A stretch of DNA of 64,000 bases, taken from Callorhinchus milii. Its lineage: Eukaryota. The position numbers and the translations under genes are program-made. Below, piece after piece: positions 63,561 through 64,000 of this stretch (positions are counted from its first letter, which is position 1; the number at the start of each line of letters is the position of its first letter). Under the pieces are notes generated by a model. The model worked only from the letters and a program-made list of their open reading frames with translations, made no database searches and was not told the origin of the DNA. The stretch spans positions 30,444,001-30,508,000 of the forward strand of contig NW_024704742.1 in assembly GCF_018977255.1 (NCBI RefSeq), given 5' to 3'.

Positions 63561-64000
63561 CCTGTTCAGTTCTTTCAACCGTCTGTTTAAGTTGACAAGA
63601 CAGGCTTATTTACAGCACCCAAAATGATGAGCCAATAGGGCTGTGCTGGCTGCTAGTTTCTGATTCATTGTCCTGTGGCACCACATCCCAGTTACTCCAC
63701 TTGTGTATTCATCACCTCACCCTTTTTTTTATTTTTTGGTCTGACACATGCGCAAAATGATCACCATGCTTAAGAGTACCCAAACCAAACTGAGTCCTCA
63801 CCCTACTTCATTAACTTTGCAGGCCAAATCCCTAAATGGTAGGTTGGTTTTAGATAATAATAATCTTTGCATTTACAATAGCACCTTCTCACATCGTTGA
63901 GACGTCTCAAAGCATTTCACAGGATATACTGTAAAGTGGACTGACATTTTGTAGGTGATTCTGGTAGCCAATTTCCCACATACAACCATGAAGTGAATAA

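Noticed and set aside
1..64000. Strand bias of L2 insertions relative to the host gene
   Set aside because: Roughly 9 plus versus 7 minus copies; not convincing.

Overview
Vertebrate genomic DNA, most likely a cartilaginous fish (chimaera or shark), inferred from the repeat families. The window lies inside a minus-strand inositol polyphosphate 4-phosphatase gene, best matching INPP4B. Six consecutive coding exons were found (38600-38711, 34313-34385, 28752-28899, 21218-21348, 20540-20647, 11370-11478; 681 nt); all have GT-AG boundaries and compatible phases. The neighbouring exons were not found and probably lie outside the window. The introns are dominated by retroelements: a near-complete but frameshifted L2 ORF2 (about 3884-6738), many 5'-truncated L2 and CR1 pieces, a young tRNA-Ala-headed SINE whose 3' tail matches the L2 tail, older Deu-domain SINEs, Penelope-type terminal remnants carrying degenerate minimal hammerhead ribozymes, and a hAT-type non-autonomous element. 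The least explained part is 23.48-25.18 kb. It holds two ~81%-identical copies of an unrecognised ~250-270 bp self-complementary element, one interrupting a CR1 fossil and one bounded by imperfect inverted repeats. Between them is a second motif pair with conserved blocks and variable hairpins. Repeat coordinates are approximate, and all family and gene assignments come from recalled sequence similarity, not database searches.
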